The position numbers were made by a program, and so were the translations under genes. From an uncultured Clostridia bacterium (GTDB lineage: Bacteria > Bacillota > Clostridia > Christensenellales > UBA1242): a stretch of DNA of 64,000 nucleotides. Within the stretch, counting starts at the first letter, position 1, and each line of letters starts with the position of its first letter. Location: the NCBI GenBank assembly GCA_944377315.1, contig CALWEM010000004.1, positions 2,977-66,976 of the forward strand, given 5' to 3'. The notes under the pieces are model-generated. The model was given only the letters and a program-made list of their open reading frames with translations. It did not search any database and had not been told where the DNA came from. This document shows, piece after piece, positions 7,507-17,408 of the stretch.

Positions 7507-9000
7507 TCATTCTTCAAAAAGATTGGCGTTTAAGTATACCGGGTCACTTGTCACATTAATTCCAAGTTTCTTGAGAGTTTGTTCTTCGCCTGCTGGCAGA
7601 ATATATGTGCTGTGTGCTTCACAACCTTGAAGGTTGGTAAGTTCGCTGATTGTCTTTTTTGCTTTTTCATTTTTTGCCGAGCATATGGACAAGGCAACCA
7701 AAATATCGTCAACAGTGAGAAGGGTGCAATGAGATTTGAGTATTTTTGTTCGATATTCAACAATTGGCATCAAAATGTCGTCAGTGATAACATCAAAGTC
7801 ATCGCCAAGATTGGCAAGAGTTCGAAGAGCGTTCAAAACAACTGCACCGCAAGCGGTGATAATCTTTTTTGATTTTCCTGTCACAATTTCGCCATTTGGA
7901 AGTTCAAGTGCAACAGTTGGATAGTTGGACGACTTTGCGACTTCTCTTGAAACGCCAATAACTTTCATTATGTCATCAGTGACTTTAACTTCACTGACAA
8001 GGCTTTTGTTTCGTTCGAGATTATCAAAAGTGATTTGTCCTTTTTTATAGTCGCATTCAGCACGATAATAACGCCTTAAAATTTCCTTCTTGGCAGAAAT
8101 TTGAGCAAGTTTGTCATCAGTTATTGCTTCGGCAATCATATTGACACCCATTTCTGTGGGCGATTTATAGACATCTCTGCCCATAATTTTATGTAATATG
8201 TTTTGCAAAACTGGAAAAACGGCGATATCGCGATTATAGTTTATGGCAAGTTTCCCATAGGCGTTGAAATGAAATGGGTCGATTTGATTTATGTCATTAA
8301 GGTCAGCAGTTGCTGCTTCATAGGCGATATTGACCGGATGCTTGAGTGGTAAGTTCCAAACTGGGAAAGTTTCAAATTTGGCATAACCGGCTTTGATGCC
8401 TTTCTTGTATTCGTGATAGAGTTGACTTAAACAAGTGGCAAGTTTTCCACTTGATGGCCCAGGAGCAGTCACCACAACAAGTGGGCGGGTGGTCTCGATG
8501 TATGGATTTGCACCATATCCTTCGTCAGAAACAATGGTTTCAACATCATTTGGATAACCTTTCGTGTAGCGATGAAAATACACTTTTTCACCGCGTTGCT
8601 CAAGTTTGTTGGCGAATTTTGTGGCGCTTGATTGTCCTTTATATAAAGTGATGACAAAAGAAGAAACTGTCAAATCAAGTTCTCTTAAATTGTCGACAAG
8701 GCGGAGCACTTCATCAGCGTAATTCAGTCCTAAATCAGCACGAATTTTGTTTTTTTCAATGTCATTTGCACTTATGCAAAAGATGATTTCTGTCTTATCT
8801 TTAAGTTTTTGCAAGAGTTTGATTTTGATGTTTGGGTCAAAACCTGGCAAAACACGGGCAGCGTGCAAATCGTCAAAGATTTTACCGCCAAATTCAAGAT
8901 ACAGCTTGTTGTTAAATTTTTTTATTCTTTTGTTGATATTTTCGCTTTGAAGTTTGAGATATTTTTCATTATCAAAGCAAATTTTTTTACTTTTTTTCAT
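7507..9000 (-). CDS. UPF0371/DUF1846 family protein
   Basis: FDNEKYL..Q...I..R......LYLEFGGK.FDD.HA.RVLPGF is characteristic of DUF1846, as is the ~497-aa length. Start moved to the ATG at 9000 (AGGAG 5 nt upstream); the track begins at a GTG at 9006. Confidence 0.8.
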   Translation of the reverse strand: MKKSKKICFDNEKYLKLQSENINKRIKKFNNKLYLEFGGKIFDDLHAARVLPGFDPNIKIKLLQKLKDKTEIIFCISANDIEKNKIRADLGLNYADEVLRLVDNLRELDLTVSSFVITLYKGQSSATKFANKLEQRGEKVYFHRYTKGYPNDVETIVSDEGYGANPYIETTRPLVVVTAPGPSSGKLATCLSQLYHEYKKGIKAGYAKFETFPVWNLPLKHPVNIAYEAATADLNDINQIDPFHFNAYGKLAINYNRDIAVFPVLQNILHKIMGRDVYKSPTEMGVNMIAEAITDDKLAQISAKKEILRRYYRAECDYKKGQITFDNLERNKSLVSEVKVTDDIMKVIGVSREVAKSSNYPTVALELPNGEIVTGKSKKIITACGAVVLNALRTLANLGDDFDVITDDILMPIVEYRTKILKSHCTLLTVDDILVALSICSAKNEKAKKTISELTNLQGCEAHSTYILPAGEEQTLKKLGINVTSDPVYLNANLFEE

Positions 9001-9114
9001 ATTCACTCCTATCTTTTTTATTATAACTCAAAATATTTCAAATTCATAACAATTTTAAAACAAAAATTAAAAATGTGCTGTAATTTTTAAGACGCTTTTG
9101 CACAAGATAAAATT

Positions 9115-9672
9115 ATGGAAATTAAAACAGCACTTTGGCTCATCATTCCAGCCTTCATTTTTCTTCTTTTGGTTTTTCCGATATTTTTGGAAGTGCGAGT
9201 GTCTTTCAATCCGCTTGTCAATCGCGGGGCACTGGGAGTCTTTATCTTCAACAAAAAAATTGTCTATTATTTCATCGAGATATATGGCAAATATATCGTT
9301 CTTAAAAATGATGCAGAAACAAAAAAGGAAGAGATTGAATTTCAAAGCCCCAAGTTTTTGGTGATTGAAGAATTTATTAGGCAGGTGAAAGATAAACTTC
9401 GTGTGAAGCATATGTTTATTTACTATAACATTGGAATGAGCGATGCGTTTTTGTCGGGTATGATTTGTGCATTTTTGAATCAAATAATCAACTTGTTTTT
9501 TGTCAATTTGAAAAGCAAAAAACCAACTGCATCTCTCTGTCTTTATGACACAGTTTCATATAACAGGGTGATTTGTGAACTTGCAATGAATGCCAAAATT
9601 TCAATTTCTTTGTTTGATTTAGTATATTCTTTCATATATTCAAGCATAATAACAAAGAGTAGAGATGTATGA
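9115..9672 (+). CDS. ytfI: DUF2953 (YtfI-like) sporulation membrane protein
   Basis: N-terminal TM and a central GMSDAFLSGMICAFL block like DUF2953. Directly upstream of ytfJ, as in Bacillus. Confidence 0.55.
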   Translation: MEIKTALWLIIPAFIFLLLVFPIFLEVRVSFNPLVNRGALGVFIFNKKIVYYFIEIYGKYIVLKNDAETKKEEIEFQSPKFLVIEEFIRQVKDKLRVKHMFIYYNIGMSDAFLSGMICAFLNQIINLFFVNLKSKKPTASLCLYDTVSYNRVICELAMNAKISISLFDLVYSFIYSSIITKSRDV

Positions 9673-9673
9673 T

Positions 9674-9721
9674 ATATGGTGTGATATGCAATATAATACA
9701 CAATATATGGTGTGGTATGCA
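9674..9721. repeat. REP-like repeat, copy a (degenerate, with an extra half-site)
   Basis: atatggtgtgatatgca ... atatggtgtggtatgca. Related to the palindromes at 18365, 28541 and 56120. Confidence 0.7.
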
Positions 9722-9733
9722 AAAGGGGTGACT

Positions 9734-10129
9734 ATGAAAAACTTTTCTAATCATAATGATATTGAAGAACTTATTGTCAGTGCGTTTGACAAAATAAAAA
9801 CAATTGTGGACGCCAACACAATCATTGGTGAAAAATTGGAAACCAAAGACGGCACTTTCATTATTCCAATTTCAAAAGTAACGGTTGGCTATGTTGTTGG
9901 CGGTGGCGAATATGCTGATTTGTCTGCAAGACGAGTTGCCACACATTATCCAATGAGTGGCGGAAGTGGCGGTGGTATGAGTGTGACGCCGGTTGGATTT
10001 CTTATTGAAAAGGATGGACAAGTGCAATTTGTTAATGTGGAAAATAAAAGTTTGTATCAAACAGTTCTGAATATGTTTAACGCCTTTTTGACGGAAATTG
10101 AAAGAAAGAAGGAAAATGAGAATGAATAA
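9734..10129 (+). CDS. ytfJ: Sporulation protein YtfJ (GerW family)
   Basis: TIIGE....DG..IIP.SKV..G...GGGEY and MSGGSGGG.S..PV.F motifs. Start set at the ATG after the AAAGGGG RBS; the track extension (9665) runs through a repeat. Confidence 0.85.
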   Translation: MKNFSNHNDIEELIVSAFDKIKTIVDANTIIGEKLETKDGTFIIPISKVTVGYVVGGGEYADLSARRVATHYPMSGGSGGGMSVTPVGFLIEKDGQVQFVNVENKSLYQTVLNMFNAFLTEIERKKENENE

Positions 10130-11282
10130 TAAAGAAAGAAGATTTTTGATTTCTCTTGTTGCAGTTTTACTTTTGGCGGGAATTTTCTTTTCCGCCTTTT
10201 CCACTTTGCTTGTTGGCGTGACGAGAGCAGAAGGAATGTGGACATCGGCGGTGGGCAGTTGTGTGATTGAGAGTTCAACAGGGAGAGTTTTGTTTGAAAA
10301 GAACAAAGACAAGAAATTGCCAATGGCAAGCACCACCAAAATTATGACTGCGATAACTGCGATTGAAAATTGCAAAGACCTTGACGAAAGGTTTGAAATT
10401 TCTCCAAAAGCGGTGGGCGTGGAAGGAACTTCATTATATTTACGAAAGGGTGATATATACTCCACACGCGACCTTTTGTTTGCACTGATGCTTATCTCTG
10501 GAAATGATGCTTCGGTGGCGATTGCCGAACATATTGCAGGTTCAGTGAGTGAATTTGTCACGCTTATGAATGAAAAAGCAAAAGAAATTGGAGCAAAAAA
10601 TTCACACTTTGCCAACACGCACGGGCTGGACGCTGATGGGCACTACACCACGGCCTATGACCTTGCACTTATCACAGCATATGCACTTAAAAATCCGATT
10701 TTCAAAGGAATTGTCACCACAAAAAACACCAAAATAATCAATTCCAAAGATGGACTTGAAGAACCAAGATATTTGAAAAACAAAAACAAACTCTTGTCTT
10801 CTCTTGAAGGGTGTGTCGGTGTGAAAACTGGGTATACAGATGATGCTGGACGATGCCTTGTTTCTGCTGTGGAACGCGATGGAACACAATTTGTTTGCGT
10901 GGTTTTGAATTGTCGTCCGATGTTTGAAGAAAGTGCAACTCTCTTAAATCAATGTGCGAGCGTTTATCATTTGGTTGATGTGACAACTCTTTATGACTAT
11001 GATGAAAAAATCAAAGTGATTGATGGCAGAACGAAATGGGCAAAAGTGGGCACAAAGGAAAAATTTGTCTATCCGCTTTCTTCCTTTGAAAAGGAAAATT
11101 TGAAATTTGTTTATCATTTGCCGTCTTCTCTTCAAGCACCACTTGAAAAAGGGGAAGAAATTGGAGAAATTCAAATTTTTTTAGGTAATGACTTGCTATT
11201 TTCTGAAAAAGTTTATACAATAGAAAATATCAAACCAAAAACCATCATCCAAAGACTGAAGGAGTTTGCTGGGAAATGGTAG
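10116..11282 (+). CDS. D-alanyl-D-alanine carboxypeptidase (serine-type, PBP5/DacB/DacF-like)
   Basis: Signal/TM N-terminus plus the SxxK (MASTTK), SGN and KTG(Y)T motifs. Track start 10098 is a TTG; the ATG at 10116 is preferred. Confidence 0.85.
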   Translation: MRMNNKERRFLISLVAVLLLAGIFFSAFSTLLVGVTRAEGMWTSAVGSCVIESSTGRVLFEKNKDKKLPMASTTKIMTAITAIENCKDLDERFEISPKAVGVEGTSLYLRKGDIYSTRDLLFALMLISGNDASVAIAEHIAGSVSEFVTLMNEKAKEIGAKNSHFANTHGLDADGHYTTAYDLALITAYALKNPIFKGIVTTKNTKIINSKDGLEEPRYLKNKNKLLSSLEGCVGVKTGYTDDAGRCLVSAVERDGTQFVCVVLNCRPMFEESATLLNQCASVYHLVDVTTLYDYDEKIKVIDGRTKWAKVGTKEKFVYPLSSFEKENLKFVYHLPSSLQAPLEKGEEIGEIQIFLGNDLLFSEKVYTIENIKPKTIIQRLKEFAGKW

Positions 11283-11297
11283 GAAAAAGGATTTTTT

Positions 11298-11999
11298 ATG
11301 AGATTAAACAAATTTTTGGCAACCGCTGGTGTTGCTTCACGAAGAAAATGTGAAGAAAAAATTTTGAATGGCGAAGTTAAGGTGAACGGCATCGTTGTCA
11401 CAAATCTTGCAACGAATGTTGATGAGAAAAAGGATAAAGTTGAGTTTGAAGGGAGAGTTCTGTCACTTCCTTCAACTTTTGTTTATCTCAAAATGAACAA
11501 ACCAAAGGGGTATGCTTCCACTTCTAGCGACGAAAAAGGAAGAAAGACCATTTTTGATTTAGTGGAAGACAAGGGTGTGCGACTTTTTAATATCGGCAGA
11601 CTTGACTATGACACCGAAGGTCTTATTCTTCTCACAAATGACGGCGACTTTGCGAATCGTGTTATTCATCCATCTTTTGAGATTGAGAAAGAATATCAAG
11701 TGACGGTGGAAGGAAAGATGCAAGAAAGCGAATTTGCAGTCCTTCGAAATGGTGCTGTTGTGAATGGCGAGCGTATGCCAAAAGCAAAAGTGAAACCGAT
11801 TTCTTTTGACGGAAAATTCACAAAACTTTCGGTGGTGATAACCGAAGGACAAAATCATCAGGTGAGAAGAATGTTTGAGGCGATTGGAAGAAGTATTCGC
11901 CTTTTGAAACGCGTGCGAATTGGACAAGTTAGACTGGGAAATCTTTATCGCGGAAAAACAAAACCATTGACTGATGAAGAAATCAAAAGTTTTGAGTAG
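11298..11999 (+). CDS. rluB: Pseudouridine synthase, RsuA/RluB family, with N-terminal S4 domain
   Basis: MRLNKFLA..GVASRR and GRLD.DTEGLILLTNDG motifs. Confidence 0.85.
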   Translation: MRLNKFLATAGVASRRKCEEKILNGEVKVNGIVVTNLATNVDEKKDKVEFEGRVLSLPSTFVYLKMNKPKGYASTSSDEKGRKTIFDLVEDKGVRLFNIGRLDYDTEGLILLTNDGDFANRVIHPSFEIEKEYQVTVEGKMQESEFAVLRNGAVVNGERMPKAKVKPISFDGKFTKLSVVITEGQNHQVRRMFEAIGRSIRLLKRVRIGQVRLGNLYRGKTKPLTDEEIKSFE

Positions 12000-12006
12000 G
12001 TAAAAA

Positions 12007-13212
12007 ATGAAAGTTGCGATTATTGGTGCTGGAGCATCTGGACTTATGCTCGGTGGACTTCTCAAAGAAAAAGGATTTGACATCACCATATTTGACGGAA
12101 ATGAAAAGGCCGGGAAGAAGTTATACATAACCGGCAAGGGCAGATGCAATATCACAAACTTATGTGATACTGATGAATTTTTGAAGAATGTGGTGCGTGG
12201 AGAAAAGTTTTTCCGTTCTGCCATATATTCTTTTTCGCCACAAGATACAGTTGATTTTTTTGAAAATCTTGGACTTAAAACAAAAGTGGAACGCGGTAAT
12301 CGTGTTTTTCCAATGAGTGACAAGTCGAGTGATGTCATCAAAGCACTTATTAAACATTGTTATGGTGTGAAATTTCTTTTTAATTCAAAAGTTACAAAGA
12401 TTTCAAAAACCGAAAAAGGTTTTGAAATTAAATGCCAAGGTGGCAGTGAAGTTTTCGATAAACTTGTTATTGCAACCGGCGGGAAAAGTTATTCGGCGAC
12501 TGGAAGTGACGGAAGCGGATATTCTTTTGCCGAAAGTTTTGGTCATAAAATTATTCCGCTTGTGCCAGCACTTTGTCCAATCAAACTTAAAGAAAATGTG
12601 AGAGATTTGGAAGGGGTATCGCTCAAAAATGTCACAATCAAAGCGGAATTTGATGGCAAAAAGAAGGAATTTTTTGGCGAAATGCTGTTTACTTCATTTG
12701 GCATTTCTGGTCCAATCGTTCTTTCTCTTTCAAGTTACATAAACCGTGCGAAAAATGTGAAAATCTCACTTGATTTGAAGAAAGCTCTTTCATATGAACA
12801 ACTTGAAAAGCGACTTCTTCGTGATTTTGATGAGAATAAAAACAAGAACATATCATATATATTAAAAGGACTTATGCCAAATTCACTTGTCACTTTTTTT
12901 GCGAAAAAATGTCGACTTGATTTGGAGAAGAAAGTGCACGATATTTTGAAAGAAGAAAGGAAAAATATTGTTGAGAAACTCAAAAATCTTCCACTTGAAT
13001 TTGGCGGACTTTATGACATTGAAGCGGGAATTATTACAAGCGGTGGAGTGAGTTTGGAGGAAATAAATCCAAAAACGCTTGAAAGTAAGTTGGTGAAAAA
13101 CTTGTATTTTGTTGGAGAAATTCTCGACATTGACGCTTTGACTGGTGGATTCAATCTTCAAATTGCCTTTGCAACGGCGTTTTCGTGTGCGAAAAATATG
13201 GTTAAAAGTTAA
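12007..13212 (+). CDS. HI0933/BaiN-like FAD-dependent flavoprotein
   Basis: IIGAGASGL dinucleotide-binding motif, GKGRCN, and C-terminal GE.LD.D..TGG.NLQ.A. Confidence 0.8.
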   Translation: MKVAIIGAGASGLMLGGLLKEKGFDITIFDGNEKAGKKLYITGKGRCNITNLCDTDEFLKNVVRGEKFFRSAIYSFSPQDTVDFFENLGLKTKVERGNRVFPMSDKSSDVIKALIKHCYGVKFLFNSKVTKISKTEKGFEIKCQGGSEVFDKLVIATGGKSYSATGSDGSGYSFAESFGHKIIPLVPALCPIKLKENVRDLEGVSLKNVTIKAEFDGKKKEFFGEMLFTSFGISGPIVLSLSSYINRAKNVKISLDLKKALSYEQLEKRLLRDFDENKNKNISYILKGLMPNSLVTFFAKKCRLDLEKKVHDILKEERKNIVEKLKNLPLEFGGLYDIEAGIITSGGVSLEEINPKTLESKLVKNLYFVGEILDIDALTGGFNLQIAFATAFSCAKNMVKS

Positions 13213-13281
13213 AACTTAAGTTAACTTAAAGTTGTTGACAAAAATTTTTCAAATTTATATAATCAAAACAAGGAGAAAAAT

Positions 13282-13887
13282 ATGTTACTTTGGTTTTTGA
13301 GAATAATTCTTTGGCTTCCGCTTTCCATTTTGCATCCAACTTTTATTTATGGCAGAAAATATAGACCAAAAGGAAAAGCAATTTTGTGTTCCAACCATCG
13401 CTCAAATTGGGATATTGTTCTCTATCTTCTCCACACAACTGAAAGAGTGAAGATTTTGGCGAAGAAAGAACTTAAAAACAACAAATTTTTTGGGTTTATC
13501 TTGAAACATTTGGGAGCAATTTTCATTGATCGTGAAGGAAATGATATAAATGCGATTAAGGAATGTATGAAAGCACTCAAAGACGGCAAAAAACTCTATA
13601 TTTTCCCAGAAGGCACGCGTCTTAAAGATGAAAGCAAAGTTTTGGGTGAAGTTAAAAGTGGGCTTGCAATGATTGCGGTGAAAACAAAAACACCAATTTT
13701 GACAGTTTGGCACGAGAGAAAACCAAAGGCGTTTAGACGGTCAAATATATATATTGGCAAGCCTTATGAACTCACCGAATTTTATGGCAAAAAACTCGAT
13801 GAAGAAACTTTGAATGAAGCAAACAATGTCGTTCGAGAAAAAATGCTGGAAGTGTATAGAGAAGTTGAAGAAAAAAAGAAAAGATGA
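13282..13887 (+). CDS. plsC: 1-acyl-sn-glycerol-3-phosphate acyltransferase
   Basis: NHRSNWD (HX4D) and FPEGTR motifs. Confidence 0.85.
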   Translation: MLLWFLRIILWLPLSILHPTFIYGRKYRPKGKAILCSNHRSNWDIVLYLLHTTERVKILAKKELKNNKFFGFILKHLGAIFIDREGNDINAIKECMKALKDGKKLYIFPEGTRLKDESKVLGEVKSGLAMIAVKTKTPILTVWHERKPKAFRRSNIYIGKPYELTEFYGKKLDEETLNEANNVVREKMLEVYREVEEKKKR

Positions 13888-14048
13888 AAGAAAAATTCAT
13901 CTTTTTTCTTTTTTGGAAGAACTTTTTTCTTTCACCTTTAATGTTGTCCACAAGAATAAAAATTGTGCCAAAATTTTATTTTGAAAATCTTTTGACTTTT
14001 TGCTTTCAATTTGGTATTATTTATTAGAAAAAATTACTAGGAGAAAAT

Positions 14049-15089
14049 ATGAGCGAAGAATTTAACTTGGACTTAATTGACAAAACTTTTACTTCATACA
14101 AAAAAGGACAAACTTTTGACGGCGTGGTGGTTCTGAAAAGAAATGATGGTGTGATTTTTAATATTGGTGGCAAGAATGACGCTTTCATTCCAGCAACTGA
14201 TTTTGAAGATTTTTCTGCTGTGAAAATTGGTGACAGATTTCCTGTTATCATCACAAAACAAAAAAATGACGAAGGACTGATTGAATGTTCAATGCGTCTT
14301 GCGCGTGACCTTAAAATTGCCAATCAGAACGCTCAAACGCTTCGCCTTGGCAGTAAGTTCACTTTTGTTGTGACAGATGTCAACAATGGTGGCGCTCATT
14401 CAAATATGGGCGACTATTCGATTTTTGTGCCAGCAGGTGATATTTCTCTTCGATATGTCAAGGATTTGAAAAGTTTTGTCGGAAAACAACTTGAAGTGGT
14501 GGTGACAGAAATTAACCACGAGAAAAAGGAAATTGTGGCAAGTGCCAAACTTTTGCAAGAACAAATCAAAGTGGCAACTGAAAACAATTTTTGGAACAGT
14601 ATTTTTGTTAATAAGGTTGTGAATGGCAGAGTGAAGAAAATTATGCCGTATGGCGCATTTGTGGAAGTTGATGGCGTGGATGCTTTTGTGCATATTTCGA
14701 ATCTTTCATATGACAAAATTGAAAATGTTGGCGAAGTTTTGAAAGAAGGTGAAGAATACACATTCCGCGTGGTTAATCTTGACAGAGAGAATAGGAAAGT
14801 GGAATTGTCACTCAAAGCACTTTTGGAAGACCCGAAAATTTCACGCATAAAAGAACTTCAAGTGGGTGGAGTCTACAAAGCAAAAGTGGTCAAACTTCTT
14901 CGCTTTGGAGCGATTGTTAAAGTAGAAAATGGCGCAACTGGACTTCTTCATATTCAAAATTGCACAGAAAACAAGACCAAAAATATATACGAACTTGTCA
15001 AGGTTGATGATGAAGTTGAAGTGGAAGTTTTAAGCAAAGACGAAGATGAAGGCAAGGTGTCTTTCAAACTCACAAAATTTATTGACTAA
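14049..15089 (+). CDS. rpsA: 30S ribosomal protein S1 (four S1 domains)
   Basis: Repeated S1 OB-fold signatures (G..V.G.V..........FV...G..G..H.S). Confidence 0.8.
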   Translation: MSEEFNLDLIDKTFTSYKKGQTFDGVVVLKRNDGVIFNIGGKNDAFIPATDFEDFSAVKIGDRFPVIITKQKNDEGLIECSMRLARDLKIANQNAQTLRLGSKFTFVVTDVNNGGAHSNMGDYSIFVPAGDISLRYVKDLKSFVGKQLEVVVTEINHEKKEIVASAKLLQEQIKVATENNFWNSIFVNKVVNGRVKKIMPYGAFVEVDGVDAFVHISNLSYDKIENVGEVLKEGEEYTFRVVNLDRENRKVELSLKALLEDPKISRIKELQVGGVYKAKVVKLLRFGAIVKVENGATGLLHIQNCTENKTKNIYELVKVDDEVEVEVLSKDEDEGKVSFKLTKFID

Positions 15090-15144
15090 CCATATTGAAA
15101 AACCCTTTTGTTTATGTTATAATATTAAGGATTGGAGGATATAT

Positions 15145-16101
15145 ATGAAAATAACCAGATTTGAAATGATTGGAAAATTTGACGAAGATTTTGAGAGAAA
15201 GTTGGCTGGACTTGCTCGTAACACCGAGAACTCAAACATTGCACTTGCCAAAGCAAAAAAGAATCCACAAACTCAAAAAAGAAGAGAAGAACATCTTTTG
15301 CTTAAACAACAAAAAGAAAAAGAGATAAGAAAACGCCAAGAAGAGCGCGCAGAAGAAGAAAAAAGAAAGAAAAAGGCGAATGAGCAAATAAGACAAGAGA
15401 AAGAAGAAAAAGCAAAGGCACAAGAAAACGCTTTGCTTCAAAGAAAAATGGAATTTGCTTCACTTATTGGTGATGGTGTGGATTTAAGTAAAGTGAAAAA
15501 TCTTTTTGAAGAAGATTTGAAAAACCCAGAATTTTTGAAATTTGCTGTTGCAACTTCCAGCGATATTGTGCCATATCTTGATGCAAAACAAGTGTTAACC
15601 TTGTCATTTGCAAAAGAACAATCTGGTGTCTTTATGGAAAAATTGGCTGATATTCGTGCGTCTTTTGGCACAATTCCAACCATCAAATTTTTGAGATATA
15701 TGTATAACAGTAAAGACGGCTATTTCACTTTCCAAGCATTTTTGGACAAATCAAAAGAGATAAATAAAAGTGATTATCCATATCTTGTTTGGGCGATGGT
15801 TGCTGATGCTTCCACCGGAATTGTCAGATTGAAAGATTTTGATGTTTTGGAAGATGAAGAAAAAATGGCTCTTCTCAAAAATGATGAATTTATGAAGACA
15901 AACTATGAAAGATTCAGAAACAACAACAAACGCTTCGCAAGAGCATTGCCTTGTCAAAGTGTGGAATTAAAATCGGTTAAGGGTTATTTTGAAGATGTCT
16001 TCACTTCGACTGACCTTTCAAGTGATGTTAAATCGGAAATGAAAGGAATATATCAAAACCTTGTTAAGAGAAATGAAAAAGCAAAAGGAAAATCAATGTA
16101 A
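15145..16101 (+). CDS. Hypothetical protein with a K/E-rich coiled-coil N-terminal region
   Basis: Start at the ATG after the GGAGG RBS; the track start 15046 overlaps rpsA. No family recognised. Confidence 0.55.
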   Translation: MKITRFEMIGKFDEDFERKLAGLARNTENSNIALAKAKKNPQTQKRREEHLLLKQQKEKEIRKRQEERAEEEKRKKKANEQIRQEKEEKAKAQENALLQRKMEFASLIGDGVDLSKVKNLFEEDLKNPEFLKFAVATSSDIVPYLDAKQVLTLSFAKEQSGVFMEKLADIRASFGTIPTIKFLRYMYNSKDGYFTFQAFLDKSKEINKSDYPYLVWAMVADASTGIVRLKDFDVLEDEEKMALLKNDEFMKTNYERFRNNNKRFARALPCQSVELKSVKGYFEDVFTSTDLSSDVKSEMKGIYQNLVKRNEKAKGKSM

Positions 16102-16200
16102 GGCCTATTAATTTAGGTCTTTTTTATTGCCATAAAATTTTGTGAATTTTTCTATCTCTGTCAAAATCAAAGAAAATTTGTTTGGATTTATGGTAAATAA

Positions 16201-16223
16201 ATAGTTAAAAAATTTTAAGTATT
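16201..16223. repeat. Dispersed A/T motif ATAGTTAAAAAATTTTAAGTATT, copy 1
   Basis: Near-identical copies at 16299 and 41371. Weaker copies at 2578 and 32774. Confidence 0.6.
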
Positions 16224-16298
16224 AGGTGTTTTTGCAATCTCTTATTATTCTTGAAAATTGACACTATTTTTGTTTTCTTTATCGAGAAAAATGAGAAA

Positions 16299-16325
16299 AT
16301 AGTTAAAAAAATTTAAGTATTTTTT
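16299..16325. repeat. Dispersed A/T motif, copy 2 (ATAGTTAAAAAAATTTAAGTATTTTTT)
   Basis: See copy 1. Lies 98 nt downstream of it in the same intergenic region. Confidence 0.6.
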
Positions 16326-16419
16326 CTATTAAAATTTTTTAAAAAAATATATAAATTTATTTGGAATTTTCATAAAAATGATGTATAATCAATTTTGACT
16401 TGAAAAATAGGAGTGTTTT

Positions 16420-17289
16420 ATGAAAAAGATTGCAGTTGTTGTTGACACAAACAGTGGAATAACAAAAGAAGAAGCAAAGAAACTTGGAATTTATCTTGTG
16501 CCAATGCCTTTCATTATTGGTGACGAAGTGCTCTATGAAGGAGAAAATTTGAGTCAAGAAGATTTCTACACTCTTCAAAAGAACGATGTCAAAATCACAA
16601 CTTCTCAACCAAATATCAATGATATTGTGGAACTTTGGGAAGAACTCTTGAAAAAATATGACCAAGTTTTGCATATTCCAATGTCGAGTGCTTTGAGTAA
16701 GTCTTTTGAAACCGCAGAGAATTTCAGCAAGAATTATCCAAACAAGGTTTTTGTGATTGACAACAAGCGTATTTCCATAACCTTGAAAGCCTCTGTCGTT
16801 GATGCGTTAAAACTTATTGAAAAAGGTTATGACGGAAAAGAAATCAAAGATTATCTTGAAAAAGACGGCTTGGAATCTTCCATATATCTTATGGTGGACA
16901 CTTTGAAATATTTGAAACGCGGTGGGAGAGTGACACCAGCGGCTGCTGCAATCGGCACAATTTTGAATATCAAACCAATTTTGACAATTCAAGGTGGAAA
17001 ACTCGACAAATTTTCCAAGGTAACAAATCTTCGTTCGGCAAAGAAAAAAATGATTGAAGCAATAAGAAACGACATTGAAACAAGATTTAAGAAGTATGTT
17101 GAAAATGGCGAATTCGAACTTGCTATTGCTCACACAACAAACGATGAAAATGCGGAAATCTTTAAGCAAGAATTATTGAAAGAATTTCCAAATATTCCGT
17201 TTTCATATTGTGATCCACTTGCTCTTTCAATTGCCACTCACACTGGTCCAAAAGTTTTGGCTGTCGGCGGGTATCATATTGTGAAATAA
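16420..17289 (+). CDS. DegV family fatty-acid-binding protein
   Basis: MKKIAVV.D....I......LGI.LVP..., TSQP and RGGR motifs. Confidence 0.9.
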   Translation: MKKIAVVVDTNSGITKEEAKKLGIYLVPMPFIIGDEVLYEGENLSQEDFYTLQKNDVKITTSQPNINDIVELWEELLKKYDQVLHIPMSSALSKSFETAENFSKNYPNKVFVIDNKRISITLKASVVDALKLIEKGYDGKEIKDYLEKDGLESSIYLMVDTLKYLKRGGRVTPAAAAIGTILNIKPILTIQGGKLDKFSKVTNLRSAKKKMIEAIRNDIETRFKKYVENGEFELAIAHTTNDENAEIFKQELLKEFPNIPFSYCDPLALSIATHTGPKVLAVGGYHIVK

Positions 17290-17408
17290 CAGGCGTTGTC
17301 TGTTATTTTTTATCGATGTTTATTTTGTTAATTAGAGATTATTTACTTTACAAAAATTATTTTTATTGATATACTCTATGTTGTAAGTGTGGGAGGGGAA
17401 AAAATTTT

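Noticed and set aside
9872-10618. Long antisense or overlapping ORFs in the six-frame track. Examples: 9872..10618 -, 11559..12341 -, 22085..22660 -, 25519..26010 -, 33935..34759 -, 47519..47908 +, 54600..55256 -, 54707..55159 -.
   Set aside because: Each lies entirely opposite or inside a gene with strong family signatures (dac, rluB, plsX, smc, rarA, ftsH and others). They have low-complexity S/F/L/K-rich translations and no RBS. They are shadow ORFs of AT-rich or K/E-rich coding DNA.
15230-15440. Apparent repetitiveness in K/E-rich coding stretches. Examples: 15230..15440, 47500..47830, 54830..55200.
   Set aside because: This is compositional low complexity (poly-Lys/Glu or Asp/Glu tails) within ORFs. 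It is not tandem DNA repeats and nothing resembles a CRISPR array. No regular repeat-spacer periodicity was found anywhere in the window.
16221-16240. Sigma-54-like GG...GC element (taGGtgtttttGCaatc) next to the A/T motif.
   Set aside because: The spacing between GG and GC is about 3 nt shorter than the -24/-12 consensus, and the flanking bases do not match TGGCAC/TTGCA.
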